Below, one piece after another: positions 1-11,438 of a stretch of DNA of 64,000 nt. The DNA comes from Clostridia bacterium (lineage in GTDB: Bacteria > Bacillota > Clostridia > RGIG6154). Positions within the stretch are counted from its first letter, which is position 1, and every line of letters begins with the position of its first letter. A program made the translations under genes and the position numbers. Location of the stretch: contig JAZNOU010000020.1 in the NCBI GenBank assembly GCA_045589295.1, positions 18,719 to 82,718 on the forward strand. Direction: 5' to 3'. The notes below the pieces were generated by a model, which did no database searches, was not told the origin of the DNA, and saw only the letters and a program-made list of their open reading frames with translations.

Positions 1-3000
1 AAACTGAGCAACTGCACCTGTAGGTGTAGCTTTTGAAGCCTGACCACCTGTATTTGAGTAAACCTCTGTATCAAATACCATAATGTTTACATCTTCGCCT
101 GATGCGATAACATGATCAAGACCGCCAAAGCCAATATCGTATGCCCAACCGTCACCACCAAAGATCCAAACCGCTTTCTTAGCAAGATATTCTTTAAAGT
201 CTAAAACTGCTTTAGCTTCGTCGCTACCACATTTTTCAAGAGCAGCGATTAAATCAAGTGTAGGCTGAACGTTAGCATCAATATCTTCGTATGTTTCAAG
301 CCATGCAGGAAGCGCTTCTTTAACTGTAGCGCAGTCCATAGCCATAATCTGTTCCTTAAGTCTGGTTCTTATTCTCTTCTGACCTACTGCCATACCAAGA
401 CCGTGTTCTGCGTTATCTTCAAACAATGAGTTTGCCCAAGCAGGACCATGACCTTTGTGGTTTACAGTATATGGTGTTGAAGGAGCACTACCACCCCAGA
501 TTGAAGAACAACCTGTTGCGTTGGAAATGTATGCTCTGTCACCGCAAATCTGAGTAATAAGTTTTGCATAAGGTGTTTCACCGCAGCCTGCGCAAGCACC
601 TGAGAACTCTAAGAGTGGCTGACGGAACTGTGAGTTTTTAACATTTAATGGTGCTGTCAAAAGTTCAGGTTTAACTGAAACTTTAACGCCATAATCAAAT
701 GCTTCTTGTTTTTCCATCTGTGTATCAATTGGTTTCATTGTAAGTGCAGATTCTTTTGCAGGACAAACCTTAGCACAGTTTCCGCAACCTGAGCAGTCGA
801 GAGTTGATACGATGATACCAAACTCATAGCTTTCCATGCCTTTACCAATCATCTTCTTATGAGCAAGTGATGCTGGAGCTTTCTTTACTTCTTCTTCATT
901 TAATACAACAGGTCTGATTGCCGCATGAGGACAAACAAGAGCACACTTGTTACACTGGATACATTTTGTTACATCCCATTCAGGAACGTCAACAGCTATA
1001 CCACGTTTTTCGTAAGCAGCCATACCTTGTTCTAAGTGACCGTCTACCATATTCATAAATGTTGAAACCGGAAGTTTGTCACCAGCCTGAGCATTACATG
1101 GATCCAAGATATTCTTAACGTATGCAGGAACATCTTTTTCTGCTTTTTTATCTTCTGTAGCTGTCTTCCAGTCAGCAGGAATTTCAATCTTGTTAATGCT
1201 TTCTGAACCCTTTGTAATAGCTTCGTGGTTCATATTAACAATCTTTTCACCTTTTTTGCTAAACTTTTTAACAACAGCAGCCTTCATATATTCAACTGCT
1301 TCTTCAAAAGGAATAACATTTGCAAGTTTAAAGAATGCTGACTGAAGAACGATTGAAGTTTTGTTTCCAAGTCCGATTTCTTTAGCAATACCGATAGCAT
1401 CAATAGTGTAAAGGTTAATATCATTTTCAGCAATGTATTTCTTCATTTTGCCAGGAAGGTTAGCTGAAAGTTCGTTAACATCCCAAGCACAGTTGAGTAA
1501 GAATGTGCCGCCCGGAACCAAATCCTCTACCATATCGTATTTGTCAACATATGATGGGTTGTGGCATGCAACAAAGTTAGCTTTGTTAATCAAATATGTT
1601 GATTTGATTGGTTTCTTACCAAATCTCAAATGAGATACTGTAATACCGCCAGATTTTTTAGAGTCGTATGCAAAGTATGCCTGTGCAAAAAGGTCTGTGT
1701 GGTCACCAATAATTTTGATTGAATCTTTATTTGCACCAACAGTACCGTCTGAACCAAGGCCCCAGAACTTACAAGCTGAGTTACCTTCTGCAGATGTAAC
1801 AGGGTTTTCAGCTCTTGGGAGTGAAAGGTTTGTTACGTCGTCTGTGATTGAAAGTGTAAATCCCTTGATAGGTTCTGATGCATCAAGGTTTTTGTATGTT
1901 GCGATAATATCAGCAGGGATTGTGTCTTTTGAACCAAGACCATATCTACCACCAACAATTACAGGTGCATTGTTGTTACCTGCATAGCAAGCGCAAACAT
2001 CAAGATATAAAGGTTCACCGATAGAACCGGGTTCTTTTGTTCTGTCAAGTACAGCAATCTTCTTACATGTGCTTGGCACTGCTTTTAAGAATGCTTCAAC
2101 AGGGAAAGGTCTGTAAAGACGAATCTTGATAAGACCAACTTTTTCGCCTTTTGCTGCGAGGTAATCGATTGTTTCTTCTATAGTTTCGCAAACTGAGCCC
2201 ATTGCAACGATAACTTTTTCAGCATCAGGTGCACCATAGTAGTTAACTAAGCCGTAGTTTGTACCAATCTTAGCATTAACTTTATTCATATATTCTTCAA
2301 CTACTGCAGGAACATTGTTGTAGTATTCATTACAAGCTTCTCTGTTCTGGAAGAAGATATCAGGGTTCTGTGCAGAACCACGAAGAACAGGACGTTCAGG
2401 ATTGAGCGCGTTGTTTCTGAACGCTTTAACTGCGTCCATATCCACCATTTCTTTTAAGTCTTCATAATCCCAAACTTCAATTTTGTCGATTTCGTGTGAC
2501 GTTCTGAAACCATCGAAAAAGTGAAGGAAAGGAACTTTGCCTTTAATAGCAGCCAAGTGTGCTACAGCACCAAGGTCCATAACTTCCTGAGGGCTGTTTG
2601 AGCAAAGCATTGCATAACCAGTCTGACGGCAAGCCATAACATCTGAATGGTCTCCGAAAATATTAAGAGCATGCGATGCTACACATCTTGCACTAACGTG
2701 AATAACAGAAGGCAAAAGTTCACCTGCCATTTTATACATATTCGGAATCATAAGTAACAAACCCTGTGAAGCTGTGTATGTTGTTGTGAGAGCACCTGCA
2801 GCGAGTGAACCGTGAACTGCACCTGCGGCGCCGGCTTCTGACTGCATCTCTACAACCTGCACAGGTTGTCCGAAAATGTTGTTTCTTTTTTCTACTGCCC
2901 ATTCATCAGTTACTTCCGCCATAACAGATGATGGTGTAATCGGGTAAATAGCTGCAACATCTGTAAACGCATAAGATGCCCATGCGGCAGCATTATTACC

Positions 3001-3027
3001 ATCCATGGTTTTCATTTTTCTTGCCAT
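1..3027 (-). CDS. nifJ: Pyruvate:ferredoxin (flavodoxin) oxidoreductase, 3' end outside the window
   Basis: Not in ORF track; manual translation from ATG 3027 (MARKMKTMDGN) after a GGAG RBS. Motifs YPITPSS, CIQCNKCALVCP, CSGCGNCAKVCP, EFSGACAGCGETPY, GGDGWAYDIG; frame spot-checked at 963 and 3. Confidence 0.95.
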   Translation of the reverse strand, partial: MARKMKTMDGNNAAAWASYAFTDVAAIYPITPSSVMAEVTDEWAVEKRNNIFGQPVQVVEMQSEAGAAGAVHGSLAAGALTTTYTASQGLLLMIPNMYKMAGELLPSVIHVSARCVASHALNIFGDHSDVMACRQTGYAMLCSNSPQEVMDLGAVAHLAAIKGKVPFLHFFDGFRTSHEIDKIEVWDYEDLKEMVDMDAVKAFRNNALNPERPVLRGSAQNPDIFFQNREACNEYYNNVPAVVEEYMNKVNAKIGTNYGLVNYYGAPDAEKVIVAMGSVCETIEETIDYLAAKGEKVGLIKIRLYRPFPVEAFLKAVPSTCKKIAVLDRTKEPGSIGEPLYLDVCACYAGNNNAPVIVGGRYGLGSKDTIPADIIATYKNLDASEPIKGFTLSITDDVTNLSLPRAENPVTSAEGNSACKFWGLGSDGTVGANKDSIKIIGDHTDLFAQAYFAYDSKKSGGITVSHLRFGKKPIKSTYLINKANFVACHNPSYVDKYDMVEDLVPGGTFLLNCAWDVNELSANLPGKMKKYIAENDINLYTIDAIGIAKEIGLGNKTSIVLQSAFFKLANVIPFEEAVEYMKAAVVKKFSKKGEKIVNMNHEAITKGSESINKIEIPADWKTATEDKKAEKDVPAYVKNILDPCNAQAGDKLPVSTFMNMVDGHLEQGMAAYEKRGIAVDVPEWDVTKCIQCNKCALVCPHAAIRPVVLNEEEVKKAPASLAHKKMIGKGMESYEFGIIVSTLDCSGCGNCAKVCPAKESALTMKPIDTQMEKQEAFDYGVKVSVKPELLTAPLNVKNSQFRQPLLEFSGACAGCGETPYAKLITQICGDRAYISNATGCSSIWGGSAPSTPYTVNHKGHGPAWANSLFEDNAEHGLGMAVGQKRIRTRLKEQIMAMDCATVKEALPAWLETYEDIDANVQPTLDLIAALEKCGSDEAKAVLDFKEYLAKKAVWIFGGDGWAYDIGFGGLDHVIASGEDVNIMVFDTEVYSNTGGQASKATPTGAVAQF

Positions 3028-3189
3028 GAATAAGACTCCTTTCTATGTTATATGTGAATTTAATTTGTGTAATTTTAATGGTGCAAAGCAAATATAAGCA
3101 AAACTTTTACACTTAGTTGTATTATATCACAAAATGTTGCTATTTGTAAACACAATTTTTAAAATTGCCAATCTCTCAATATTTTCAAC

Positions 3190-4179
3190 TTACATTTTAA
3201 TTACTTTAAATCCATCTTGAATTTGTATAATCTTTTCCAAAATATTTTCACTTACATAAATTGTATTTTCTGATACAACAATATATTCAAACTCATTATT
3301 TTTTTGTTTAAGTTCTTTTGCAAGTTCAAGGCCAGAAACTGCAATAGCTGTAGAATATGCATCGCACATTGTTGCATCCTTTCCGATAATAGTAACTTGC
3401 GAAATGCCGCTTTGTGCAGGGTAACCGTTTTTAGGGTCTAAAATGTGATGATAAACTTTTCCGTCTATTTCAAAATTTCTCTCATAAACCCCCGATGACA
3501 CCACTGCAGCATCATCGACTTGTAAAACACAAACAGTATCGCCCCGAGTGCTGTAAGGATTTTGTATTCCTATTTTCAAAGGTTTGTTTGTGCTGTAGGC
3601 ATATATGTTCCCGCCAAAATCCAGCAGAAATTTTTTAACGCCTCTGTCTTTTAACGCATTTGCAACCACATCGGTCAAATATCCTTTTGCAACTGCCCCA
3701 AAATCAAGTTGGATTCCATGTTTTAACGTTACATTATCATCATTTATTTCAAGATTTTCCATTCCTGATTTTGACAACGCATCTTTTATCTTTTTATCAT
3801 CCGGCACTCTGGGATTTTCAGAATTTATATCCCACAAGTCCTTTAGATTTTTTAACGTAATGTCAAAACTTCCGTTTGTTTCTTCAGAAAACTCAACAGA
3901 TTTATTCAAAATCTGCACCATATCTTTTGACACTTTCTTCTTACCCAAAGTATTTAATTCATAAATCTCGCTATTTTTATCATAGGCATTAAAAATCTTA
4001 TCAAGCTTTTGAGTTTCATCTTTTACAAACTCAAGATTTGCGTTACTGCCAACCAAACTCACTTTCATCATTGTATCCATTGAAAAAAATGTAATGGTTT
4101 TAAGTTCTGACATATATTTTATCAAAACCCCTGTGCACACAACAACTATCAACATAACAGCCAAAAGCTTTTTTTTCAT
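3190..4179 (-). CDS. apbE: FAD:protein FMN transferase (ApbE family)
   Basis: Motifs SMDT, LDFGAVAKGY, DFGGNI, SSGVYER, YHHILDP, DAYSTA; start moved to MKKKLL after GGAGG. Confidence 0.9.
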   Translation of the reverse strand: MKKKLLAVMLIVVVCTGVLIKYMSELKTITFFSMDTMMKVSLVGSNANLEFVKDETQKLDKIFNAYDKNSEIYELNTLGKKKVSKDMVQILNKSVEFSEETNGSFDITLKNLKDLWDINSENPRVPDDKKIKDALSKSGMENLEINDDNVTLKHGIQLDFGAVAKGYLTDVVANALKDRGVKKFLLDFGGNIYAYSTNKPLKIGIQNPYSTRGDTVCVLQVDDAAVVSSGVYERNFEIDGKVYHHILDPKNGYPAQSGISQVTIIGKDATMCDAYSTAIAVSGLELAKELKQKNNEFEYIVVSENTIYVSENILEKIIQIQDGFKVIKM

Positions 4180-4245
4180 AAAAAAACCTCCGTAAAAGCG
4201 ATTACATTTAAATTGTACCACATTCACGGAAATTTTTAAATAGTT

Positions 4246-5088
4246 TTATTCAATTTGCATAATTTTGAGTTTATCTTTATCACAAGGAATTTTTATAAGA
4301 TACTCTATAAAATTTTTATTTTCCTTCTTAGTGGTTTGCACCATTACACCCGCCTTTTGAACAACATCAACCGCCTTATTTATAGTATTGATAAACATCC
4401 TCAGATGCACAACTCCCATCATTTTACCACTTTCTTTTGCTTTTTCCTCTTCTACTTTTTCAATTGCTTTTAACACAAGTTCTTCTGTTTTCGAAACATT
4501 ATATTCATTTTCGCAAACTTGCTTTAAAATCTTAAGCTGAGTTTGTTCATCATGCACTTTTAAAAGCGCCCTTGCGTGACGCTCTGTAAGATTTTTTTCT
4601 CTTATGATTTCTCTTACACTTTCAGGCAGTTTTAAAATTCTCAGTCTGTTTGCGACCGAAGACTGACTTTTACCTAGTTTTTCTGCTACTTCTTCCTGCG
4701 TATACTTGTGGTCGCAAATAAGGTGTTGCATTGCTTCTGCTTCTTCCCAATAGGACAAATCGGCTCGTTGCAAGTTTTCCAAAAGTGCAATTACCGCCGA
4801 GTCGTTTTCAGTAACATCTATAACTATACAAGGCATATGCGTGCAGTTTATAAGCCTTGACGCTTTAAGTCTTCTTTCCCCTGACACAAGTTCATAACCG
4901 CCAATAAAATTTTTACGCACAGTAATAGGCTGAATAACGCCATACTGCTTTATACTTTTTGCAAGCTCTGCAATTTTATCAGAATCAAAATTTTTTCTCG
5001 GCTGATACGGATTTAAAGAAATTTTATCTATTGGTATTTCAACAACATTATTTACGATTTTCTCGCTTAAAACCACCGTGCTTCTCAT
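4246..5088 (-). CDS. noc: ParB-family nucleoid occlusion protein (Noc-like)
   Basis: NPYQPRK, GERR, ENLQR, HTH SQSSVANRLR; directly downstream of rsmG as in Bacillus/Clostridium. Confidence 0.8.
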   Translation of the reverse strand: MRSTVVLSEKIVNNVVEIPIDKISLNPYQPRKNFDSDKIAELAKSIKQYGVIQPITVRKNFIGGYELVSGERRLKASRLINCTHMPCIVIDVTENDSAVIALLENLQRADLSYWEEAEAMQHLICDHKYTQEEVAEKLGKSQSSVANRLRILKLPESVREIIREKNLTERHARALLKVHDEQTQLKILKQVCENEYNVSKTEELVLKAIEKVEEEKAKESGKMMGVVHLRMFINTINKAVDVVQKAGVMVQTTKKENKNFIEYLIKIPCDKDKLKIMQIE

Positions 5089-5191
5089 CAAAACTCCTCC
5101 TTGGTATTTATGGATATATTTTATCATATTTACCATAATTTGGAAATAAAAACACATTGATAAAAATCCTTAAAAAACTACAAAAGAGCCT

Positions 5192-5899
5192 TTATTTCAA
5201 AGGCTCTTTTGACGGTTTACCCGCTTTGCGTGGGTATTTTGTCGGTGTTGCACGAACTTTTCTTATTTTAATCACTGTATGATTTATGTCGGTTTCAGGA
5301 AGATTTTCGCACATTAAATCTTCCACTTTTCCTCCAAGTGTTCCTATTGCACTTCTTGCCAAGTCCAATTCTTCTTCTACATCAGGCCCTTTCATAGAAA
5401 CAAATAACCCGCCCTCTTTAACAAAAGGTAAGCAATACTCTGACAAGGTAGAAAGATTTGCAACAGCACGCGACACGCAAAAATCAAATTTTTCTCTGTA
5501 TTTTACATTTTGCGCGCCATCTTCTGCTCTTGAATGAACAGTTGTAACATTTTTGAGATTAAGTTTTCTTACAACCTCTTCTAAAAAGCTTATTCTTTTA
5601 TTGAGTGAATCTAAAAGACAAATGTTGATTTCAGGCTTTAATATTTTAAGCACAAGCCCAGGAAATCCCGCTCCTGTTCCAACATCAATTACGTCGCCTT
5701 TTAAGTCTATAAATTTAAGGCAAGTTGCACAATCAATAAAGTGCTTTATGGCAACATCTTCTTTAACTGTGATTGCCGTTAAATTCATTTTTTCATTCCA
5801 TTCAATTAAAAGCTCGTAATACAACTGAAACTGATTAAGCATATCATCTGTATAAGAAATTCCAAGTTCAGAAAATCCTTTTTTCAAAAGCTCAACCAT
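5192..5899 (-). CDS. rsmG: 16S rRNA m7G527 methyltransferase
   Basis: WNEKMNLTAI, DVGTGAGFPG, SRAVA; synteny with mnmG. Confidence 0.97.
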   Translation of the reverse strand: MVELLKKGFSELGISYTDDMLNQFQLYYELLIEWNEKMNLTAITVKEDVAIKHFIDCATCLKFIDLKGDVIDVGTGAGFPGLVLKILKPEINICLLDSLNKRISFLEEVVRKLNLKNVTTVHSRAEDGAQNVKYREKFDFCVSRAVANLSTLSEYCLPFVKEGGLFVSMKGPDVEEELDLARSAIGTLGGKVEDLMCENLPETDINHTVIKIRKVRATPTKYPRKAGKPSKEPLK

Positions 5900-5904
5900 A
5901 AAAT

Positions 5905-7788
5905 TTACTCCTTATTTTTTCTTGAATATTGCTCTAAAAATATCACTAAAACCGCAATATCAGCAGGTGAAACACCTGTAATTCTTGATGCTTGTCCTAA
6001 TGACACAGGACGTATTGCATTTAATTTTTGTCTTGCTTCAATTCTTAAGCCCTGGATTGTCATATAATCTATTTCTTCAGGAAGCTTTTTATTTTCAAGC
6101 TTTTTAAACGCCTCAACCTGAGCAAGTTGGCGCTTTATATACCCATCATATTTTGCAGTGATTTCAACCTGTTCTTTTACACTATCAGGAAGGTTAGGTC
6201 TGTTTTTATCAACAATTTCAAGCATCTCATAAGTAACCTCAGGTCGCTTTAAAAGCTCCATAAGTTTAAAACCTGTTGAAATTTTGGTTGTGTTTATGCT
6301 TTCAAGCAAGTTGTTGATCTCATCAGACGGCGGTACTGTTACACCTTCCAATCTTTCAATTTCAGCCTTAATAAGTTCTTGCTTTTTGAGCATATTTTCG
6401 TATCTTTCACTTGATACAAGACCTATTTGGTATCCTATCGGCATCATTCTCTGATCTGCATTATCCTGTCTTAAAAGTAGTCTGTATTCAGAACGTGATG
6501 TCATCATTCTGTACGGCTCTTTTGTCCCTTTTGTAACAAGGTCATCTATTAAAGTTCCAATATAGGATGTGTTTCTTCCTAAAACAAGAGGGTCTTTTCC
6601 TTTTATTTTAAGTGCCGCATTTATCCCTGCAACAAGTCCCTGACAAGCTGCCTCCTCATAACCTGAACTTCCGTTAAATTGACCCGCTCCGTAGAGTCCC
6701 TGAATTTCTTTAAACTCCAAGGTTGGATAAAGCTGTGTTGCATCAACGCAATCGTATTCTATTGCATAAGCAGTTCTTGTTACTACTACATTTTCCAATC
6801 CCTTAATAGTTTTAAGCATAGCAATCTGCACGTCTTCAGGAAGACTTGATGACATCCCCTGAACATACATTTCTTCTGTATTTAAACCCATAGGCTCAAT
6901 GAAAATCTGGTGTCTTTCTTTATCTTTAAAACGCATAACTTTATCTTCAATTGAGGGACAATACCTTGGTCCTACCCCCTCAATAACACCGCTGTAAAGA
7001 GGTGAACGATGAATGTTATCCATAATAACCTTATGAGTATCTAAATTTGTATATGTAACATAGCAATCTGCAACATTTTCACCAGGATTTTCAGTATCAA
7101 ATGAAAATGGTTGAATTTTATCATCACCCTTTTGCACTTCCATCTTGTCAAAATCAAGTGAAGATGCCAAAACCCTTGCAGGTGTACCTGTTTTGAAGCG
7201 CATCAATTTAACACCCTGTTCCAAAAGGCAACCTGAAAGTTCCCTTGCTGGAAAAAGTCCATCAGGACCGCTTTCATAACCTACATCACCAATTATTATT
7301 TTGCCTTTTAAAAATGTTCCCGAAGCAATAATTGCTGCTTTCACATCATAAGTAGCTCCTATATGCGTGGTTACCGACTTAACCTTTTTGTTTTCAAAAC
7401 CGATATTTATAATTTCGGCCTGTTTAACATGCAGGTTTTCCTGAGTTTCAAGAACATGCTTCATATATTCCTGATACTTTCTTCTGTCGCTTTGTACCCT
7501 TATTGAGTAAACTGCAGGGCCTTTACCGCGGTTTAACATTTTTGACTGAATAAACGTACTATCTGCCGCCTTGCCCATTTCACCACCTAATGCATCTATT
7601 TCACGCACTAAGTGTCCCTTGCCTGTTCCACCTATGCTAGGATTACATGGCATATTGCCGACTGTATCAAGATTTATTGCAAATATTATAGTTTTTAATC
7701 CCATTCTTGCACAAGAAAGTGCGGCTTCAATCCCCGCATGACCTGCACCGATGACGGCAACATCATACTCTCCTGCTTTATATGCCAT
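5905..7788 (-). CDS. mnmG: tRNA uridine 5-carboxymethylaminomethyl modification enzyme
   Basis: [38 protein letters not shown]. Confidence 0.98.
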   Translation of the reverse strand: MAYKAGEYDVAVIGAGHAGIEAALSCARMGLKTIIFAINLDTVGNMPCNPSIGGTGKGHLVREIDALGGEMGKAADSTFIQSKMLNRGKGPAVYSIRVQSDRRKYQEYMKHVLETQENLHVKQAEIINIGFENKKVKSVTTHIGATYDVKAAIIASGTFLKGKIIIGDVGYESGPDGLFPARELSGCLLEQGVKLMRFKTGTPARVLASSLDFDKMEVQKGDDKIQPFSFDTENPGENVADCYVTYTNLDTHKVIMDNIHRSPLYSGVIEGVGPRYCPSIEDKVMRFKDKERHQIFIEPMGLNTEEMYVQGMSSSLPEDVQIAMLKTIKGLENVVVTRTAYAIEYDCVDATQLYPTLEFKEIQGLYGAGQFNGSSGYEEAACQGLVAGINAALKIKGKDPLVLGRNTSYIGTLIDDLVTKGTKEPYRMMTSRSEYRLLLRQDNADQRMMPIGYQIGLVSSERYENMLKKQELIKAEIERLEGVTVPPSDEINNLLESINTTKISTGFKLMELLKRPEVTYEMLEIVDKNRPNLPDSVKEQVEITAKYDGYIKRQLAQVEAFKKLENKKLPEEIDYMTIQGLRIEARQKLNAIRPVSLGQASRITGVSPADIAVLVIFLEQYSRKNKE

Positions 7789-7801
7789 TTTAATCCTCCT
7801 T

Positions 7802-9139
7802 TTATTTTCCTAAACAGAAATTATGAAATACTTTATCAACAATTTCTTCTGAAACTGTAAGTCCTACAATTTCACCAAGTGCTTCTATTGCAAGCTCTAT
7901 ATCAATACCAATCATATCGAGCATCATTCCACCTTGTGATGCATTAAGCGCATTTTTCAAGTTTTGCATACATTTAATTACACACTCATAATGTCGCTCG
8001 TTTGTAATAACTTCACCTTCTGTAATTTCGCCTGATGAAATCATTTCTTTTATTTTTTCAGTAAGCTCTTCAAAACCCACTCCTGTCTTTGCTGACATTT
8101 TAATTCCCGAAAGAGTACTTACATCACCTATATCGCATTTATTTAAAACGACAAGTGTTTTTTTATTCTTAACATACTCCAATATTTCTTTATCTTCATC
8201 GTCAAGCGGTTTTGAATTATCAAAAACAGCTAAAATAAAGCTTGCCTTTTCAGCCGCCTCCAGACTTCTTTTCACGCCGATAGCTTCAACTATATCGCTG
8301 GTTTGTCTTATTCCTGCCGTATCCATAAGCTTTATTGCAAAGCCATCTATATTTATATATTCTTCAACTATATCACGGGTTGTTCCTGCAACGGAAGTTA
8401 CTATGGCTTTATCCTCGCCTGAAAGAAGGTTTAAAAGCGAAGATTTTCCAACGTTTGGCTTTCCTATTACCGCAACAGGAATTCCATCTTTTAATATTCT
8501 GCCATACGAGGCGCTTTTTTCAAGTTTTTCACACTCTCTGATACACTCAGTCAAAGTTTCCGATATGTTATCATTGCTGAGTTCTTCAATTTCCTCTTCG
8601 GGGAAATCCACGTAAGCCTGAAGATGTGCTGCTAAATTCAAAAGCGTATTTCTCATTGAGTTTATTTTTTCAGAAAGCCTTCCCTCAAGCTGAAAAACTG
8701 CTTTCTCTGCCCCACGCTCTGAAACAGAGTTGATTAAATCAATAACGCCCTCTGCCTGAGACAAATCCATTTTCCCATTCAAAAATGCACGTTTTGTAAA
8801 CTCCCCGCGCTGCGCTAAAACAGCACCATGATCTATCGCGCTTTTTAAAACTTTTTTCGCAATTAATATTCCACCATGGCACGAAATTTCAACAGTATCT
8901 TCACCTGTATAAGAATGAGGTGCTTTAAAAACTGTAACAAGTACATTATCAATCAGTTTTTTCTCTTTATCGTAAACTTTCCCGTAATGTACGGTATTTG
9001 CATCAACTTCAAAAAGGCGCTTTGCCTTCTGACAAACAAAGAATTTGTCAGCAACACAAAACGCCTCATTTCCGCTTATTCTTATAACAGCAATACCACC
9101 GCTACCAAAAGGTGTTGAAATTGCAGCTATTGTACTCAA
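7802..9139 (-). CDS. mnmE: tRNA modification GTPase
   Basis: [22 protein letters not shown]-terminal FCLGK. Confidence 0.98.
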   Translation of the reverse strand: MSTIAAISTPFGSGGIAVIRISGNEAFCVADKFFVCQKAKRLFEVDANTVHYGKVYDKEKKLIDNVLVTVFKAPHSYTGEDTVEISCHGGILIAKKVLKSAIDHGAVLAQRGEFTKRAFLNGKMDLSQAEGVIDLINSVSERGAEKAVFQLEGRLSEKINSMRNTLLNLAAHLQAYVDFPEEEIEELSNDNISETLTECIRECEKLEKSASYGRILKDGIPVAVIGKPNVGKSSLLNLLSGEDKAIVTSVAGTTRDIVEEYINIDGFAIKLMDTAGIRQTSDIVEAIGVKRSLEAAEKASFILAVFDNSKPLDDEDKEILEYVKNKKTLVVLNKCDIGDVSTLSGIKMSAKTGVGFEELTEKIKEMISSGEITEGEVITNERHYECVIKCMQNLKNALNASQGGMMLDMIGIDIELAIEALGEIVGLTVSEEIVDKVFHNFCLGK

Positions 9140-9151
9140 AGCAAAAACTCC

Positions 9152-9784
9152 TTACTTGTTCTTTTTATCAAGGCTAACTACAACCTTGCGCTGCGGTTCT
9201 TCACCAACACTTACAGTAACAACGCTTGGGTTTGCCTGTAAGGTAGAATGAATAACACGTCTTTCAAAAGAATTCATAGGTTCTAATGTGACACTTCTGC
9301 CGTTTCTTACAACTTTATCCGCAACTTTATTCGCAAGTTTTTCAAGCGCTAAAGTTCTCTTTTGTCTGTAGTTTTCAGTGTCAAGAGTAACTCTTACATA
9401 ATCATTACTTTCGTTATTAACAACAATGCTTGTGAGATACTGAAGTGCATCTAATGTTTCCCCGCGTTTCCCAATCACAACGCCCATATTCTCGCCTTCA
9501 ACCTCAACTGCAAGCACATCATCTTTAAGTTGTGCCTTTGCCTCACCGCGAACATTCATAAGCGGAAGAATTTTATTTAAAAACTCCACCGCAGTTTCAG
9601 GTGCACTTTTTCCTTCGCTCCACGCGGCAATTTTGCACTGCTTTGCACCGATGCCAAATATCCCGCTTGTAGCATTTTCAATAATTTCATACTGTAATTC
9701 ATCAATAGATATATCAAGAGCAGAAGCTGCATTTAACTTAGCTTCTTCTAATGTCTTACCCTGAATTTCAATTCTATCACTCAT
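9152..9784 (-). CDS. jag: RNA-binding protein Jag/KhpB (KH + R3H)
   Basis: IGKRGETLDALQ, ERRVIH; synteny with yidC. Confidence 0.93.
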   Translation of the reverse strand: MSDRIEIQGKTLEEAKLNAASALDISIDELQYEIIENATSGIFGIGAKQCKIAAWSEGKSAPETAVEFLNKILPLMNVRGEAKAQLKDDVLAVEVEGENMGVVIGKRGETLDALQYLTSIVVNNESNDYVRVTLDTENYRQKRTLALEKLANKVADKVVRNGRSVTLEPMNSFERRVIHSTLQANPSVVTVSVGEEPQRKVVVSLDKKNK

Positions 9785-10604
9785 TATTTTCTTTTTCATC
9801 CTTTCTTTTGTAATACACTGTAAGCAAATACTGCTGTACTATCTGAATAACGTTACTTGCAATCCAGTAAATACCAACACCCGCAGGCATAATAAAGCAG
9901 AAATATCCCGACATCAAAGGCATAACTATATTCATTGTTTTCATCTGCTCATTTGCTGCGCTGGTGTTACCTGACAACTGTCTTGAAACAATAGATGTAA
10001 TGTATGATGTAACAGCAGACAAAACAGGTATAATCCAAAGCCATGAAATAAATTTAAGGTCAGGTGTTGCTGACAAATTAAGACCAAACAGGTCAAAATT
10101 TATAGCTTCAATAGCAACCCCAAGCTTGTCCTGAATTAAATCTATTTTATCACCAAGTGCATTTGCAATTACAATCTGTGATGTTCTCGGATATTCAAAA
10201 TTCAAAACTTCCGCAATCTTTTTAATTACATCCACGTCTAAATGCATAACATACTGAAGTGGCTTTGTAATAACCTGATAAAGACCTATAATAATAGGAA
10301 ACTGTATCAAAAGTGGCAAGCAACCGCCTGCAGGATTAACTTTGTTATCCTGATAAATCTTCATTGTTTCCTGCTGAAGCTTGTTTTTATCATTTGCATA
10401 CTTTTTCTGTATTTTATCAAGCTGCGGCTGGATTTTCTGGATTTGATACATTGACCTTTGTTGTTTTGCAACAAGTGGTAACATAATTAACTTTACAACA
10501 ATAGTAAAAATAAGTATTGCAACACCATAGTTTTGTACCAAAGAATATATTGTACTTAAAATATATCCGAGTGGTGTTGTTATTAAAAGTGAAAAAATAT
10601 TCAA
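9777..10604 (-). CDS. yidC: Membrane protein insertase YidC/SpoIIIJ
   Basis: GCLPLLIQFPI, GIYWIASN. Confidence 0.95.
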   Translation of the reverse strand: MNIFSLLITTPLGYILSTIYSLVQNYGVAILIFTIVVKLIMLPLVAKQQRSMYQIQKIQPQLDKIQKKYANDKNKLQQETMKIYQDNKVNPAGGCLPLLIQFPIIIGLYQVITKPLQYVMHLDVDVIKKIAEVLNFEYPRTSQIVIANALGDKIDLIQDKLGVAIEAINFDLFGLNLSATPDLKFISWLWIIPVLSAVTSYITSIVSRQLSGNTSAANEQMKTMNIVMPLMSGYFCFIMPAGVGIYWIASNVIQIVQQYLLTVYYKRKDEKENNE

Positions 10605-10616
10605 CTTTTTTCCTCC

Positions 10617-10826
10617 TTATGGAAGAGGGTCGTACCCTCCTTTATGAAATGGGTGACATTTTAAAAGGCGCTTTACAACAAGGTAGGTTGCCTTTAAAAA
10701 GCCGTATTTTTTATATGCCAAAAGTGCATACTCCGAACACGTTGGACGAAATCTGCAACAAGATGGCTTGAGCGGTGATATATATTTTCTATATAAACTA
10801 ATTAAAAAAATGCACACTCTCGTCAC
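10617..10826 (-). CDS. yidD: Membrane protein insertion efficiency factor
   Basis: CRFRPTCSEY, KCHPF, GGYDP. Confidence 0.95.
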   Translation of the reverse strand: MTRVCIFLISLYRKYISPLKPSCCRFRPTCSEYALLAYKKYGFLKATYLVVKRLLKCHPFHKGGYDPLP

Positions 10827-11143
10827 TGTAAAATCAGCTCCGACTTACAAAGGAGTTCATAAAGTGAACCTTTTATTGAGTGAAAATCATTTTTTGCCGC
10901 AACTGTTCTTGCAACAATCACAACATCATAACCTTCTCTAACACAAAAAGTGCGCCAGCTTTCACGCACTAAACGACGTATTCTGTTTCTTACTACTGCC
11001 TTGCCAATTTTCTTGCTGACAGTAATGCCGACTCTGGTTTTGTCCTTATTAGGAAGATAGTAAAGAACCAGATTCTGAGACACTTCCTTTTTGCCTTTGT
11101 AGTATGCTTTTTTAAAAATTTTGTTCTCTTTGATAGTTATCAT
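10823..11143 (-). CDS. rnpA: Ribonuclease P protein component
   Basis: RVGITVSKKIGKAVVRNRIRR. Confidence 0.95.
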   Translation of the reverse strand: MITIKENKIFKKAYYKGKKEVSQNLVLYYLPNKDKTRVGITVSKKIGKAVVRNRIRRLVRESWRTFCVREGYDVVIVARTVAAKNDFHSIKGSLYELLCKSELILQ

Positions 11144-11217
11144 TGATAATCACGCAAAATTCCATGCCGCAACGGGATTGATTCCCGCGCGGTCTGTTTT
11201 AAAATGAACCTCATTAC

Positions 11218-11242
11218 AAAAAGAACGTGTAAAAACACGTCC
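11218..11242 (-). terminator. Intrinsic terminator after rpmH
   Basis: Minus strand GGACGTGT-TTTT-ACACGTTC followed by TTTTT. Confidence 0.65.
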
Positions 11243-11377
11243 TTATGCTGATAATTTGTTTCTACCTTTAGCTCTGCGTCTTGAAAGAACCTTTCTTCCA
11301 TTTCTAGTGCTCATTCTTTTTCTAAAGCCGTGTTCCTTAGCTCTATGTCTCTTTTTAGGCTGATATGTTCTAAGCAT
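11243..11377 (-). CDS. rpmH: 50S ribosomal protein L34 (44 aa, below ORF-track cutoff)
   Basis: Manual translation [44 protein letters not shown]; GGAGG RBS. Confidence 0.97.
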   Translation of the reverse strand: MLRTYQPKKRHRAKEHGFRKRMSTRNGRKVLSRRRAKGRNKLSA

Positions 11378-11409
11378 AAATACACCTCCCGCTTAAATGC
11401 AATATATAG

Positions 11410-11438
11410 ATGATAACATAATTTGTATAAAAAGTCAA
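11410..11438 (-). promoter_or_regulatory. SigA-type promoter of rpmH operon
   Basis: TTGACT-N17-TATCAT with TG extension. Confidence 0.6.

Noticed and set aside
1433-1987. Plus-strand ORFs here and the many similar short ORFs overlapping long genes
   Set aside because: Antisense or off-frame shadows of well-supported genes, without RBS or motifs.
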